Source: an uncultured Candidatus Saccharibacteria bacterium
Lineage (GTDB): Bacteria; Patescibacteriota; Dojkabacteria; B142; JAFGMG01
Direction: 5' to 3'
NCBI GenBank assembly: GCA_964444125.1
Contig: CAYUFB010000001.1
Location: forward strand, 26,053 to 90,052
Length of the DNA stretch: 64,000 bases
Shown here: positions 9,177-19,315 of the stretch, in pieces
Layout of the letters: each line of letters begins with the position of its first letter
How positions within the stretch are numbered: position 1 is the first letter of the stretch
The notes under the pieces: generated by a model
Told to the model about the DNA's origin: nothing
Databases searched by the model: none
Seen by the model: only the letters and a program-made list of their open reading frames with translations
Program-made: the position numbers and the translations under genes

Positions 9177-11123
9177 ATGGGATTATTTAGCAAAAAGAAA
9201 AAACAGCAAGCTGGCAATATTGTACAAAAACAACAAAGTCAAGCAAGTAGTATGCAGGCTGAAGACAAGGCGGTCAAGGAGTTTGCTTCAGGGTTAATTA
9301 GTCCCAAAGACATCATTGCTCCTTCTGCAATCGAGGTTGATTTCAATCATCTTCTAGTTGGTTCTAAATATTTTAGAACTTATTTTGTAACTGGTTATCC
9401 AAGATTTGTGGGAGCGAACTGGTTATCTCCACTTATCAATTTTGATCATCCAATAGATATATCTACCTATTATTATCCCGTAGATACTGGTCTTGTCATG
9501 GAAAGGATAAAAAGGAAGATTGGTGAGTTTGAAGCGACAATAAATCTGGCATTAGATGAAGGCAAAATCCCAGATCCAAATGTCAAAGTCGCATTAGCAG
9601 ATGCAAGGGAACTGCAGGATCAATTAGCAAGCGGTACTGAGAAATATTTTCATTTTGCCTTGTATATTACTATTAGAGCCGAATCACTTAAACAGCTTGA
9701 AAAAATTTCTAGAAAAATTGAATCAACTTTGGCCTCTATTGGCGTTATAATCAAAATGGCAACTTTGCAACAGGAAGAAGGCTTTAGAACTACTATGCCA
9801 ATAGCTCATGATGAAATCTATATTACTAGGAATATGGATACGACTTCACTCGCTACGACTTTTCCTTTTGTAAGCTCTGAGCTTACTATGGATGATGGAA
9901 TTCTATATGGCCTAAACAAACACAATAGTAGTTTGGTTATTTTTGATAGATTTCAACTCGCAAATGCAAATATGGTCGTATTTGCAACGTCTGGAGCGGG
10001 CAAAAGTTATTTTGTGAAACTTGAGGCGATGCGAAGTCTTATGTTTGGTACAGAAATTATTGTGATTGATCCTGAAAAAGAATACGAAAAACTCTGCAAA
10101 ACAATTGGTGGCGAATATATATCGTTTTCTCAAGATGGAGATCAAAAACTTAATCCTTTTGAACTTTCTGGGGTATATTTGAAAGACGAGGATGAATTAA
10201 GATTTAAGATTCTGGCACTAAATGGTCTACTAAAAATTATGCTTGGGACTAAGCTCTCACCAGAACAAAGTGCAATATTAGATAGAGCTATTATTCTATG
10301 TTATAAAGAAAAAGGAATTACACCAGATCCTTCTACACAAAGAAATCAACCTCCATTACTTTCTGATCTGTACAAAATCTTGCAAGCTATGGCAGAACCT
10401 GATGCACATCTATTAGCAACTAGGCTAGAGAAGTATGTAAAAGGTAGTGCTGCTGGAATTTTTGATAGGCCATCAAATATTCAAATCAAAAATACGTTTA
10501 CAGTATTTTCTATTCGAGATCTTTCAGATGATTTGAGACCTATAGCTATGTATATGATGCTTGATTATATTTGGACGAGAATCAAAAGAGACCGCAAGAA
10601 AAGAATATTGGTTATTGATGAAGCTTGGTGGATGATGCAACATGAAGACGCAGCCCGTTTCATTCATTCTATTGCTAAAAGATCAAGGAAATATGCACTA
10701 GGGCTTACAACTATCACACAAGACGTTGAAGATTTCTTAAACACTGATTATGGCAAAGCAGTTGTGACAAACTCTGCTTTGCAGGTTTTGCTGAAACAAA
10801 GTCCAGTTGCAATTGATAAAATTCAAAATATTTTTTATCTAACTTCGGGAGAAAAAAATTACTTACTTTCAGCAGGAATTGGGGAAGGTCTGTTTTTTGC
10901 AGGATCAAATCATGTAGCTATTCAAGTTATTGCAAGTGAAAATGAACATAATCTAATTACAACAAATCCGCTTGAATTGATTGAACGGCAGAAAAAAGAG
11001 GAGGAAGCTTTGAAAATCCAAGAGGAAGAGAAGTTAAAGGCGCAAAGAGAAGGGGCTGAACAATCAGTAGATGAGACTCAAGCTGGTCAAAATACTGTAG
11101 ATGTCACAGATGGGGTGGTTTAA
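9177..11123 (+). CDS. virB4: VirB4/TrsE-family type IV secretion ATPase
   Basis: 648 aa with Walker A (VFATSGAGKSYFVK) and the Walker B/DEAW motif RILVIDEAWWMM, followed by TTITQDVEDF. These are characteristic of the VirB4/TraC/TrsE/PrgJ family. Confidence 0.85.
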   Translation: MGLFSKKKKQQAGNIVQKQQSQASSMQAEDKAVKEFASGLISPKDIIAPSAIEVDFNHLLVGSKYFRTYFVTGYPRFVGANWLSPLINFDHPIDISTYYYPVDTGLVMERIKRKIGEFEATINLALDEGKIPDPNVKVALADARELQDQLASGTEKYFHFALYITIRAESLKQLEKISRKIESTLASIGVIIKMATLQQEEGFRTTMPIAHDEIYITRNMDTTSLATTFPFVSSELTMDDGILYGLNKHNSSLVIFDRFQLANANMVVFATSGAGKSYFVKLEAMRSLMFGTEIIVIDPEKEYEKLCKTIGGEYISFSQDGDQKLNPFELSGVYLKDEDELRFKILALNGLLKIMLGTKLSPEQSAILDRAIILCYKEKGITPDPSTQRNQPPLLSDLYKILQAMAEPDAHLLATRLEKYVKGSAAGIFDRPSNIQIKNTFTVFSIRDLSDDLRPIAMYMMLDYIWTRIKRDRKKRILVIDEAWWMMQHEDAARFIHSIAKRSRKYALGLTTITQDVEDFLNTDYGKAVVTNSALQVLLKQSPVAIDKIQNIFYLTSGEKNYLLSAGIGEGLFFAGSNHVAIQVIASENEHNLITTNPLELIERQKKEEEALKIQEEEKLKAQREGAEQSVDETQAGQNTVDVTDGVV

Positions 11124-11146
11124 ATCAAATATTAGTAATAATACTG

Positions 11147-11746
11147 ATGCTTAATTTCTTAAAAACAGAATATACAATCAACGTGTTTGGCTGGATCATG
11201 CTTGTTGGAGCTTTTGTGTTTTTGGTTCTTGCTTTTACAAGTTTCAATCATTGGAGGCATAAAATGTTAGAACGAAGGATGGAATCTGCCCAACAGAAGA
11301 CTGGATTTCTGGGCAAACCACTTATGCAATTTATAGTAATTATGCTTATGGTGGGATCAATTGCTACAGGTGTTTATTTGCAATATCAAAAAGATAGTAG
11401 CCCAGCGATTTCTGAGGCAACGAGGAAATACCAATTGTCGCTTGATTATAAAAGTAATTTTGTTTCTAGTACACAAAGAATGTTGGAAATTGAAGTAACC
11501 CCGTCTGTTGCAGATCAAAAATGGGGGCAAGATGGAGATCAGTTTGATATTTTTATCAATATAATACCAAATGACGAGAAGACAAGAAACTTACAAAAAC
11601 AAGTTGATTTTTTTGAATTAAATAAATCAGCTTCGAGTTTGAGCAAGGTTACGGCAACTATTCAACCCGGTAATTACAAAATTAAAGTAGTTATCAAACA
11701 TAATAACACTACATTTGGTAATGATTATGAGGTTCAAATTCCATAA
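11147..11746 (+). CDS. small membrane protein (2 TM + beta-rich domain), possible T4SS accessory protein
   Basis: 199 aa with two hydrophobic helices near the N-terminus. It is the last gene of the cluster. No family recognised. Confidence 0.5.
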   Translation: MLNFLKTEYTINVFGWIMLVGAFVFLVLAFTSFNHWRHKMLERRMESAQQKTGFLGKPLMQFIVIMLMVGSIATGVYLQYQKDSSPAISEATRKYQLSLDYKSNFVSSTQRMLEIEVTPSVADQKWGQDGDQFDIFINIIPNDEKTRNLQKQVDFFELNKSASSLSKVTATIQPGNYKIKVVIKHNNTTFGNDYEVQIP

Positions 11747-11760
11747 AATATGCTATAATG

Positions 11761-12118
11761 TCATACCAATCTAGACAATCGCGGTAAGAGAGACCTAGGT
11801 CTTTATTGCTGAGGAAAGTCCGGACATCGAGATCTTGTCTTACAAGATCAAAATAGTACCTTAGAGCGTCAAATAATTGACGTATATAAGGCAGGGAGTG
11901 ATCTCTGGAATAGGGCCACAGAAAAATACCGCCTTGGATTTATTTCGAGGTAAGGTTGAAAAGGTGAGGTAAGAGCTCACCGGCTTGATAAGCAATTATC
12001 AAGTGCTAGGTAACCTCTACTAGATGCAACCAAGCAAAATTTTGGGCAATAGATAAATGATTGTCGCTTAATTTCTTAAGAAATTTAAGCACAGAATCCG
12101 GCTTATTGATTGGTTATC
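11761..12118 (+). ncRNA. rnpB: RNase P RNA (bacterial type A)
   Basis: The conserved P4 strands are present: GAGGAAAGTCCGGAC near 11811 and ACAGAATCCGGCTTA near 12089. The GGTAAGGTTGAAAAGGTG...GTAAGAGC module is present. P1 pairs ataccaatc (11764) with gattggttat (12104). Confidence 0.8.
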
Positions 12119-12803
12119 TTCTTCTGTCATTTAGTCCATCTATCTTGAGTATGAAATATAGAAGTGAACTAAATGAACTTATTAATCCTGCAAGATAAGT
12201 TAATGATGCTGCGATTAAAACTTTTTTGGCTCCTGTCATTTCTGTCGGATCGAGTAGGTTATTTTTTCGAATTAAATGCAACGCTTTTTTACTTGCATCA
12301 ATCTCAAGCGGCAGGGTCAGTAAACTAAAAAGTGTTGAACCAGAAAAAAGAATTACACCCAGCCAGCCAAGATTAATACTTGAAATAAGTAGTGCAATAA
12401 TAATTAGAAAGTATCCAATATTTGTACCAATATTTACAACAGGAACGATAATACTCCTGGACTTAAATAATAAACTTCCTTGCTTATGTTGTACTGCATG
12501 TCCAACTTCATGGGCTGCAATAGCTATTGAACTGATTGTTGGGGTATTGGCAATTTGATGCGATAAGGTCAGTACACGATTGGTTGGATTATAATTGTCA
12601 CCAAGATGTGTACTTGTGCTTGCAAGTGAAATGGGTAGATTCTGGTCTTGTGCTAGGATTTTGACTGCGTCAAGCCCAGTAAGGTTTTTGGATGTGACAA
12701 TGTTTAAATATTTTGAACTGTAATATTTCACCAATAATGATGCTAGTATTGATAATAGAAGTGCCGGCAGTGCAAATAGTAAGTATCCTGAATCTATATA
12801 CAT
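12114..12803 (-). CDS. membrane zinc metallopeptidase (YugP/Zn_peptidase_2-like)
   Basis: 229 aa with several TM segments and a HEXXH motif (AAHEVGHAVQH). Confidence 0.7.
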   Translation of the reverse strand: MYIDSGYLLFALPALLLSILASLLVKYYSSKYLNIVTSKNLTGLDAVKILAQDQNLPISLASTSTHLGDNYNPTNRVLTLSHQIANTPTISSIAIAAHEVGHAVQHKQGSLLFKSRSIIVPVVNIGTNIGYFLIIIALLISSINLGWLGVILFSGSTLFSLLTLPLEIDASKKALHLIRKNNLLDPTEMTGAKKVLIAASLTYLAGLISSFSSLLYFILKIDGLNDRRR

Positions 12804-13406
12804 TTTGAAAAAATAATGAATAATATTTATCTATGACAACATATTATACTAGAAGATCTGCATTCTCTTCAAATAATTAGAGTATAAGCATATTGAACAA
12901 TATGTTTGGGGAATATTTAACTGTTTTGTTTATGAGTGTGCTGAGATGCAGATGATATACAAATGATTTGGATTTAGAGAACCCTTGTTGGGTAGGTCCT
13001 TATGAGGGGAGATCGTAACATCGTTCAATATTGCATATCCTTTATGTAACACTCGGCTCATTTAGAATCAGAAAATAGATAAATATGTCTAGTTATTTAT
13101 ATTTTCACTATCTTGTAAGCCCCCGTCTTTCAAGAATATCCAGTTTCATGAAGTTTCTATTTTTTCTTTATCATTGTGCCTCTTTTGGGGGCAGTAAATG
13201 TGTTTCTGGATAGCTCTAGTCAAATTGGGATTGATGAATATGGTGCAACTTCTTGTAACGATATTATTTAGAAAGTAAGTGTTTGAGAAAGTTGAACAAG
13301 CGTCTGGAAGTCTCTATGTGTAAGCTTATTGTACATTTAGCTTTGTGTTTTGAGTAATTCGTTTAATTTTCGATAATAATTTGAAGAAATGTTACGAATC
13401 AAGGAT

Positions 13407-16343
13407 TTATCTTCCATGACATTTTTTGAACTTTTTGCCACTTCCACACCAGCAAGGATCATTCCTACCGAGTTTTGTTTTGGCTGATGATACAAAGGTT
13501 TTCTCTTTTTCATTTTTTGATGTAGCTTGTTTCGCATCCATTACATTTGAAATTGATTGAAGCATCTCTCTCGTGCCTTCAAGTATATCTGATATTTCAC
13601 TATCGTTAGTTCTCATTCTGATCGTTGGTTGAGATTGAGTACTAAGTTTCTTTGTTACTTTAAGAATTCTTCTATTTATTTGAGAATTAATACCGTTGAT
13701 AAATATTTCAAATTGGTTGAAGCCTTCATTTTTGTATTCAACAAGCGGATCCCTTTGGGCGTATCCTCTAAGTCCAATTCCCTCCCTTAAATCCTCCATA
13801 GTTTCAAGATGTGAGGTCCATAAATTATCCATTGTCTCAAGGCTTACAATTTTGACAACTTCATAATAGTCTAGCCCTAATTCTTCTTGTTGTATTTTGT
13901 GAACTTCTCTAATGATATTGCTCAAATACTCAATAATGTATTCTTTTGGTTTATCTTTTAGTTCATCATATATGTGTAAAGTTATCTGATTGCTTTTCTG
14001 ATCTTTGCCTTTACGCAAATTTTCGATGGCTTTTGTGATTAAAGTATCCGGTGCAAGATCTAAAAAGTTTTCGATTAGTTTCTTCAGATCTATTTTGTCA
14101 TCTCGATCATCAAAGAAATGATTAGCAACGATTGTCTCTACCTCTTCTATTAATTGATCTTGAATTAGTTGTCTAATATCTTCTTGTGCATTCTGGACGG
14201 TTATATCAGATAGATCCTTTTTGGATAATGCCGGGTAATTAAGAAAATATCCTAATGAATTTTCAGTTTTTTCTAAAATTGATCTTCTCCTGACATAATA
14301 GATTTCTCTTTGTTGATTCATGACGTCATCGTATTCAACAACTCTCTTTCTGGAATCAAAATGCATGTTTTCCATTTTCTTTTGAGCAGTTTCAATTGAA
14401 CGTCCGATAAGTCCTGCTTCAATTGGCATATCATCGGGGATATTTGTCATTTCCATTATCTTTTGGACTATCTGACCTCCTTGAATTCGCATGATGTCAT
14501 CATCAAGGGAGATAAAGAAACGGCTTCGTCCAGGATCTCCTTGTCGACCTGAACGTCCTCTAAGCTGATTGTCTATACGTCTAGATTCATGTCTTTGTGT
14601 ACCTAAAACGTATAGTCCTCCAACTTTTGTTACTCCGTTTTCAAGTGGAATATCGGTACCACGGCCTGCCATGTTTGTAGCAATGGTTACAGCCCCTTTT
14701 CTTCCAGCTTTTGAAACTATCATGGCCTCTTTTTCGTGATGTTTTGCATTCAATACTTCATGTTCGATTCCCATTTTATCAACTAATTTGCTTATATATT
14801 CTGAATCTTCAATTGAGGTGGTACCTACAAGAATTGGTTGCCCAGTCGCGTGAGCTTCTTTGATTTCCTTTGCAACAGCATCAAACTTTGCTTTTCTATT
14901 TTTGTAGACCCTATCATTTTCATCTTTTCGAATAACTGGCTTGTTTGTTGGTATTTCGACAGAATCCAGTTTATATATCCTAAAAAATTCTTCTGCTTCT
15001 GTCATGATTGTTCCAGAACCTCCGGAAATAATTTTGTACAATCTAAAGAAGTTTTGGAAAGTGATTGTTGCTAATGTCTTGGATTCTTTTTTGATCTCTA
15101 CGCCCTCTTTCGCTTCTATTGCTTGGTGCAATCCTTCGGAATATCTTCTGCCTGAAAGGACTCTACCTGTAAACTGATCGACAATGAGTACTTCCCCATC
15201 TCGAACAAGATAATCTATATCTTTTTTAAACAGACTTTGTGCCTTAAGAGCATTTTCAAGATGATGAGCAAGTTGATAGTCTTCCCAGATGTTTTTGACA
15301 TTTAAGAATTTTTCCATCTTTTCAATGCCAATTTCAGTTAATACTGCTGATCTGGCTTTCTCGTCAACTGTATAGTCTTCTTCTATCTTGAGCCTTTTTA
15401 CGATACCTGCAAATTTCTGATACAACTCATTTGATATTTCTGCAGGAGCAGAAATAATCAATGGAGTTCTGGCTTCGTCAATTAAGATAGAATCGGCTTC
15501 GTCAATAATACAAAAATATAACTCGCTTTGTTTGATCGAACCTAAATCCCTGGCCATATTATCTCTCAAATAATCAAATCCAAATTCATTGTTGGTACCA
15601 TAAACAATATCAGATGCGTATGATTCCTTTTTGTCGCATTCAATTAGGTTGTATCCTCGCATATTGGATATCTTAAGTCCGCCATTTGTCTTATAATGTT
15701 CTTGAGCTTCTTTGTAGACATCTTCTCCTTTTAGTTTTTCTACCATTTCGTCTGGTATGAATCTGTAACTTGATTCAGGGGTAATCACGCCAACAGTTAA
15801 TCCAAGTTCATGGGCAATATGTCCGGCATATTCGCCACCAACTCTAGCAAGATAATCATTGACAGTCACTACGTGTGAGCCTCTACCGGCAAGGGCATAA
15901 AGAAAAGCCGGAAGTTGAAAAACCATTGTTTTTCCTTCTCCAGTTTTAAGTTCAGTAAGTTTGTGACCTTGAGAGAGGATAATACCTGCGATGTACTGTA
16001 CATCGAAGTATGATATGCCCACTTTTCTTTTATAGACTTCGTTGATAAGTGGGAAAAATTCTGGGATTAAGTTATAAAGCTCATTTTTTAGATCGTTTTC
16101 TTTTTTTTGATATTTTTGTGATGTTTCAGATTGAGTTTGCAGAGAGGATCTTGCCTCATCGGGTATTGCATCGACAAATTTTTCTAGTGAACGCTTTATA
16201 TCTTGAACTTTTTCGACAATCTGTTTGTCATTTAGTTTAGATGCACTTATCTCTTTTTCTTTTATTAATTTAAGAATAGGCTGTACGTTTTTTATGGCTT
16301 TTTCATTTGAGTCAAAAAAGCTACCGAATAATTTTTTGAACAT
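13407..16343 (-). CDS. secA: preprotein translocase ATPase SecA
   Basis: 978 aa with DEAD-like motor motifs and a C-terminal zinc finger (CWCGSGKKFKKCHG). Confidence 0.93.
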   Translation of the reverse strand: MFKKLFGSFFDSNEKAIKNVQPILKLIKEKEISASKLNDKQIVEKVQDIKRSLEKFVDAIPDEARSSLQTQSETSQKYQKKENDLKNELYNLIPEFFPLINEVYKRKVGISYFDVQYIAGIILSQGHKLTELKTGEGKTMVFQLPAFLYALAGRGSHVVTVNDYLARVGGEYAGHIAHELGLTVGVITPESSYRFIPDEMVEKLKGEDVYKEAQEHYKTNGGLKISNMRGYNLIECDKKESYASDIVYGTNNEFGFDYLRDNMARDLGSIKQSELYFCIIDEADSILIDEARTPLIISAPAEISNELYQKFAGIVKRLKIEEDYTVDEKARSAVLTEIGIEKMEKFLNVKNIWEDYQLAHHLENALKAQSLFKKDIDYLVRDGEVLIVDQFTGRVLSGRRYSEGLHQAIEAKEGVEIKKESKTLATITFQNFFRLYKIISGGSGTIMTEAEEFFRIYKLDSVEIPTNKPVIRKDENDRVYKNRKAKFDAVAKEIKEAHATGQPILVGTTSIEDSEYISKLVDKMGIEHEVLNAKHHEKEAMIVSKAGRKGAVTIATNMAGRGTDIPLENGVTKVGGLYVLGTQRHESRRIDNQLRGRSGRQGDPGRSRFFISLDDDIMRIQGGQIVQKIMEMTNIPDDMPIEAGLIGRSIETAQKKMENMHFDSRKRVVEYDDVMNQQREIYYVRRRSILEKTENSLGYFLNYPALSKKDLSDITVQNAQEDIRQLIQDQLIEEVETIVANHFFDDRDDKIDLKKLIENFLDLAPDTLITKAIENLRKGKDQKSNQITLHIYDELKDKPKEYIIEYLSNIIREVHKIQQEELGLDYYEVVKIVSLETMDNLWTSHLETMEDLREGIGLRGYAQRDPLVEYKNEGFNQFEIFINGINSQINRRILKVTKKLSTQSQPTIRMRTNDSEISDILEGTREMLQSISNVMDAKQATSKNEKEKTFVSSAKTKLGRNDPCWCGSGKKFKKCHGR

Positions 16344-16479
16344 ATTTGTAAATTTTAATTATCTTAACTCGTGAAGTTTATCACAATCTAACTACTATCT
16401 AAAAATAAATTTGGGCTATATTGATTTTTAGTGATATTTTCTTGAAAAATGGCCAATTAGTCTGTAGACTGACCCTAAC

Positions 16480-17865
16480 ATGAGACAATATTTCTTGCCG
16501 ACAGAACAAAACGGTTTTACTCCAAAATTATTAAGTAGAGGAGTGATAACTACTTACACTTTGATATTACTAGTGTTTAATATCCTTTCTGCGAATGTCT
16601 CAGTACTTAGAGTTCATGCTGCTGTCGATACTGTAAGTATTTTGAATTTACATAATGAAGCAAGAGCCAAGCAGGGGTTAGAAAACTTACGATTAAATTC
16701 GAGACTTAATAAATCAGCTCAGCTAAAAGCTCAAGCTATGCTTGAGACGGATTGTTGGGACCATTATTGTCCAAATGGCAAATCTCCGTGGGATTTTTTT
16801 GATGAAGCTGGTTATAATTATATTTATGCTGGGGAGAATTTAGCTGAAGGCTTTGAAGATAACAAAACCGTCTTTGAGGCTTGGATGAATAGCAAAACAC
16901 ATAGGGACAATATACTTCGTGGTGAGTTTAGGGAAGTCGGTATTGGGATTGTCTATGGAAGATTCCAAGGAATTCAAAACAATGCCATAATTGTAGTACA
17001 TTTTGGGACAAGGCCTGGAGCTGGTACTATTGTAGGCGAAAATGATATTTCAAACGGTTCTTCGCAGAGTGGTACACAAATCACTTGTCCTGAAGATGAC
17101 CAAATCTTGAACAAGAATACTTTTGTAATCGAAGGTAAATCAGAAGATGGAAGGATAATAGTTTCAGACAACAATAAAGATATCGGAGAATCAATTTCCG
17201 AATATGGATTATTTACATTCCGGATAAACAAAGAAAATGCGTTGGTTGATGGGGATCACGTTCTTGGCGTCAAGAACACAAATACCGGATCTTCTGATGC
17301 AGTAAGTGTGGTTGTAGACACAATCCCACCAGTTATCAAAGAATTGACGCTGCATTCGATTTCAAAGAACGAAACTGATATCGCAGTATTACAGGTCAAA
17401 ACTGATGATGATGCAGTTAGGCTTGAATCGTCCTTATCAGACTTGGCCCTAATTGAAATAGCAGATAATACTTGGGAATTAGAAGTTCCTATTAGCGATG
17501 TCTACAAAAATAAAGAAATAATCATCACAGCTTATGATAAAGCAGGTAACAGTGGTAGTGAAGAATTCAATCTGAGTGATATCAAAGGAGAGATTACAAA
17601 TGAAGCACAGAGGTTATTGCCTGTTGGTATGGATATACCATTATACATGCAACTTGGAATCAGACGATTGATAAACGTTGCGTTTATAGTGCTTCTATTG
17701 ATATTACTAATAATCGACTATATTGCACTTGTGCACTACAATTTGCCTGACGCATTTATAAGGACCAAAACCAATTATCATATATCAATTTTTGTAATTC
17801 TCTTGTTGATTTCTATAGCGGGTGGATCCGCTGGAGAACTACTTGAGGGTGCTGCCCAATCATGA
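16480..17865 (+). CDS. secreted CAP/SCP (PR-1-like) domain protein with Ig-like repeats and C-terminal TM anchor
   Basis: 461 aa. N-terminal signal/TM, then a CAP domain (LNLHNEARAKQG...AWMNSKTHRDNIL), a beta-rich middle region and a C-terminal hydrophobic helix. Confidence 0.65.
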   Translation: MRQYFLPTEQNGFTPKLLSRGVITTYTLILLVFNILSANVSVLRVHAAVDTVSILNLHNEARAKQGLENLRLNSRLNKSAQLKAQAMLETDCWDHYCPNGKSPWDFFDEAGYNYIYAGENLAEGFEDNKTVFEAWMNSKTHRDNILRGEFREVGIGIVYGRFQGIQNNAIIVVHFGTRPGAGTIVGENDISNGSSQSGTQITCPEDDQILNKNTFVIEGKSEDGRIIVSDNNKDIGESISEYGLFTFRINKENALVDGDHVLGVKNTNTGSSDAVSVVVDTIPPVIKELTLHSISKNETDIAVLQVKTDDDAVRLESSLSDLALIEIADNTWELEVPISDVYKNKEIIITAYDKAGNSGSEEFNLSDIKGEITNEAQRLLPVGMDIPLYMQLGIRRLINVAFIVLLLILLIIDYIALVHYNLPDAFIRTKTNYHISIFVILLLISIAGGSAGELLEGAAQS

Positions 17866-18671
17866 TTTTAGGTCAAAACAAAAAACCTATTCTATACTCA
17901 TTTATCCTTATATTGGGGTTTTATTTCGTTCTAGTATCAAGAGATTATTCTGTTGGTGAATTCATTGCCGCAATTGCTATCAATATAGTTTTGTTGATAC
18001 TGATGATAGCCAATATCTGGAAGTCTGCTTCCAATAAATTGACACAATTGGGGTTGCCAAAGGTAAATAACTACCCAGGCAAACTAAGTGCTATATATCA
18101 TATCGTTTTTCCATTATTGATATTTATTGATTTCTGTTTGTTGATTTACTTTAATTCATTTCCTTTATTTAGGCCGATTTTATTGATATTGGTTTTTATT
18201 ACTTATTTTTTTGTATTTGTAAATATTCGAGCGTATTACGAGGATAAGTTTAAGTTGGAATTATCTACACATTTCATTTATACCTTGATAATTCTAATAT
18301 CAAGTTTTGCTCTTGCCAATGCTGTATTAAGTATTTCAAATCTATACTCATTTGGGAGTCTTCTCTCATTATTATTATTGTTTATAGTCAATATGTGCTT
18401 GATTATTAGTGCTTTTTTGCATTATTGGGATATTGGTATCAAGATGGTTGTTGTATATCTAGTTTTCGCACTTATTCTTGCTACTGTTACTATTCTTTTG
18501 TTCATTGAGTTTGATTCAACCCTTAGAAGTTCATTCATTCAATCAATATTGATGTATTTTGTATTTGCTATTCTGCAGCACAAGTTTGAGGGAAGTCTCT
18601 CTTTGGGAATAGTATTTGAATATGTTATCATTGCGTTATTGGGGTTTGTATTATTATACGGAGCGGGATAA
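17862..18671 (+). CDS. polytopic membrane protein (about 8 TM), hypothetical
   Basis: 269 aa, extremely hydrophobic. It overlaps the upstream stop (ATGA). Confidence 0.55.
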   Translation: MILGQNKKPILYSFILILGFYFVLVSRDYSVGEFIAAIAINIVLLILMIANIWKSASNKLTQLGLPKVNNYPGKLSAIYHIVFPLLIFIDFCLLIYFNSFPLFRPILLILVFITYFFVFVNIRAYYEDKFKLELSTHFIYTLIILISSFALANAVLSISNLYSFGSLLSLLLLFIVNMCLIISAFLHYWDIGIKMVVVYLVFALILATVTILLFIEFDSTLRSSFIQSILMYFVFAILQHKFEGSLSLGIVFEYVIIALLGFVLLYGAG

Positions 18672-18677
18672 AAACTC

Positions 18678-19301
18678 ATGGAAAAAAAATTCAAACGAAT
18701 AATCAAAAAGAATCATAGACTTTTTCTTTGTATATTGCCTGATAAGCCAATTAGGGATTATGCACGTGATGTCCAAAGAACTATTTCCAGATATTCTTAT
18801 AAACTTGAACTTATTAATTTGGAGCAGATCCACCTTACTCTGAAATTTTTGGGTAATAACGTCACAGATAGTTCTAGAGATCTCTTGATTGAGACACTTG
18901 ATGAGAATGCGAAGTATTTGCCAAGGGTCGAATTTGAAACTGACAAGGTAGATTTTGGATTTTTCACTCAAAACAAACCAAACGTAGTCTATATATCTCT
19001 CAAAGAATCTCCTAGCTTAGAAAAAATAGTTAACGGATTGCAATTGATCGTAAAAAGTTTGGATAGGGATGACATGATAAAAAAGAAAGATTTTGCGAAG
19101 TTCCTCTCGCATATCACAGTTGCTAGAGTCAAGACTGATATTAGCAAAAGTACAATTCACGATATAAATCAGAAAATTGTCGAATTCCCTACAAGAAATG
19201 AAAAGATGGTTGTGAAAAGGATAGCACTTATTGAAAGTGTCCTGACAAAAAAAGGCCCTGTATACAAAATAATTAAATATTTTGATTTACAGGGCCAATA
19301 A
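18678..19301 (+). CDS. 2H phosphoesterase (LigT / 2'-5' RNA ligase-like)
   Basis: 207 aa with two H-x-T/S-x motifs (HLTLKF and HITVAR). Confidence 0.6.
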   Translation: MEKKFKRIIKKNHRLFLCILPDKPIRDYARDVQRTISRYSYKLELINLEQIHLTLKFLGNNVTDSSRDLLIETLDENAKYLPRVEFETDKVDFGFFTQNKPNVVYISLKESPSLEKIVNGLQLIVKSLDRDDMIKKKDFAKFLSHITVARVKTDISKSTIHDINQKIVEFPTRNEKMVVKRIALIESVLTKKGPVYKIIKYFDLQGQ

Positions 19302-19315
19302 ATCTAAAGCTTAGA

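Noticed and set aside
13337-13537. 66-aa ORF overlapping the secA 3' end
   Set aside because: It lies inside secA in another frame on the same strand. The SecA zinc-finger tail is intact in the main frame.
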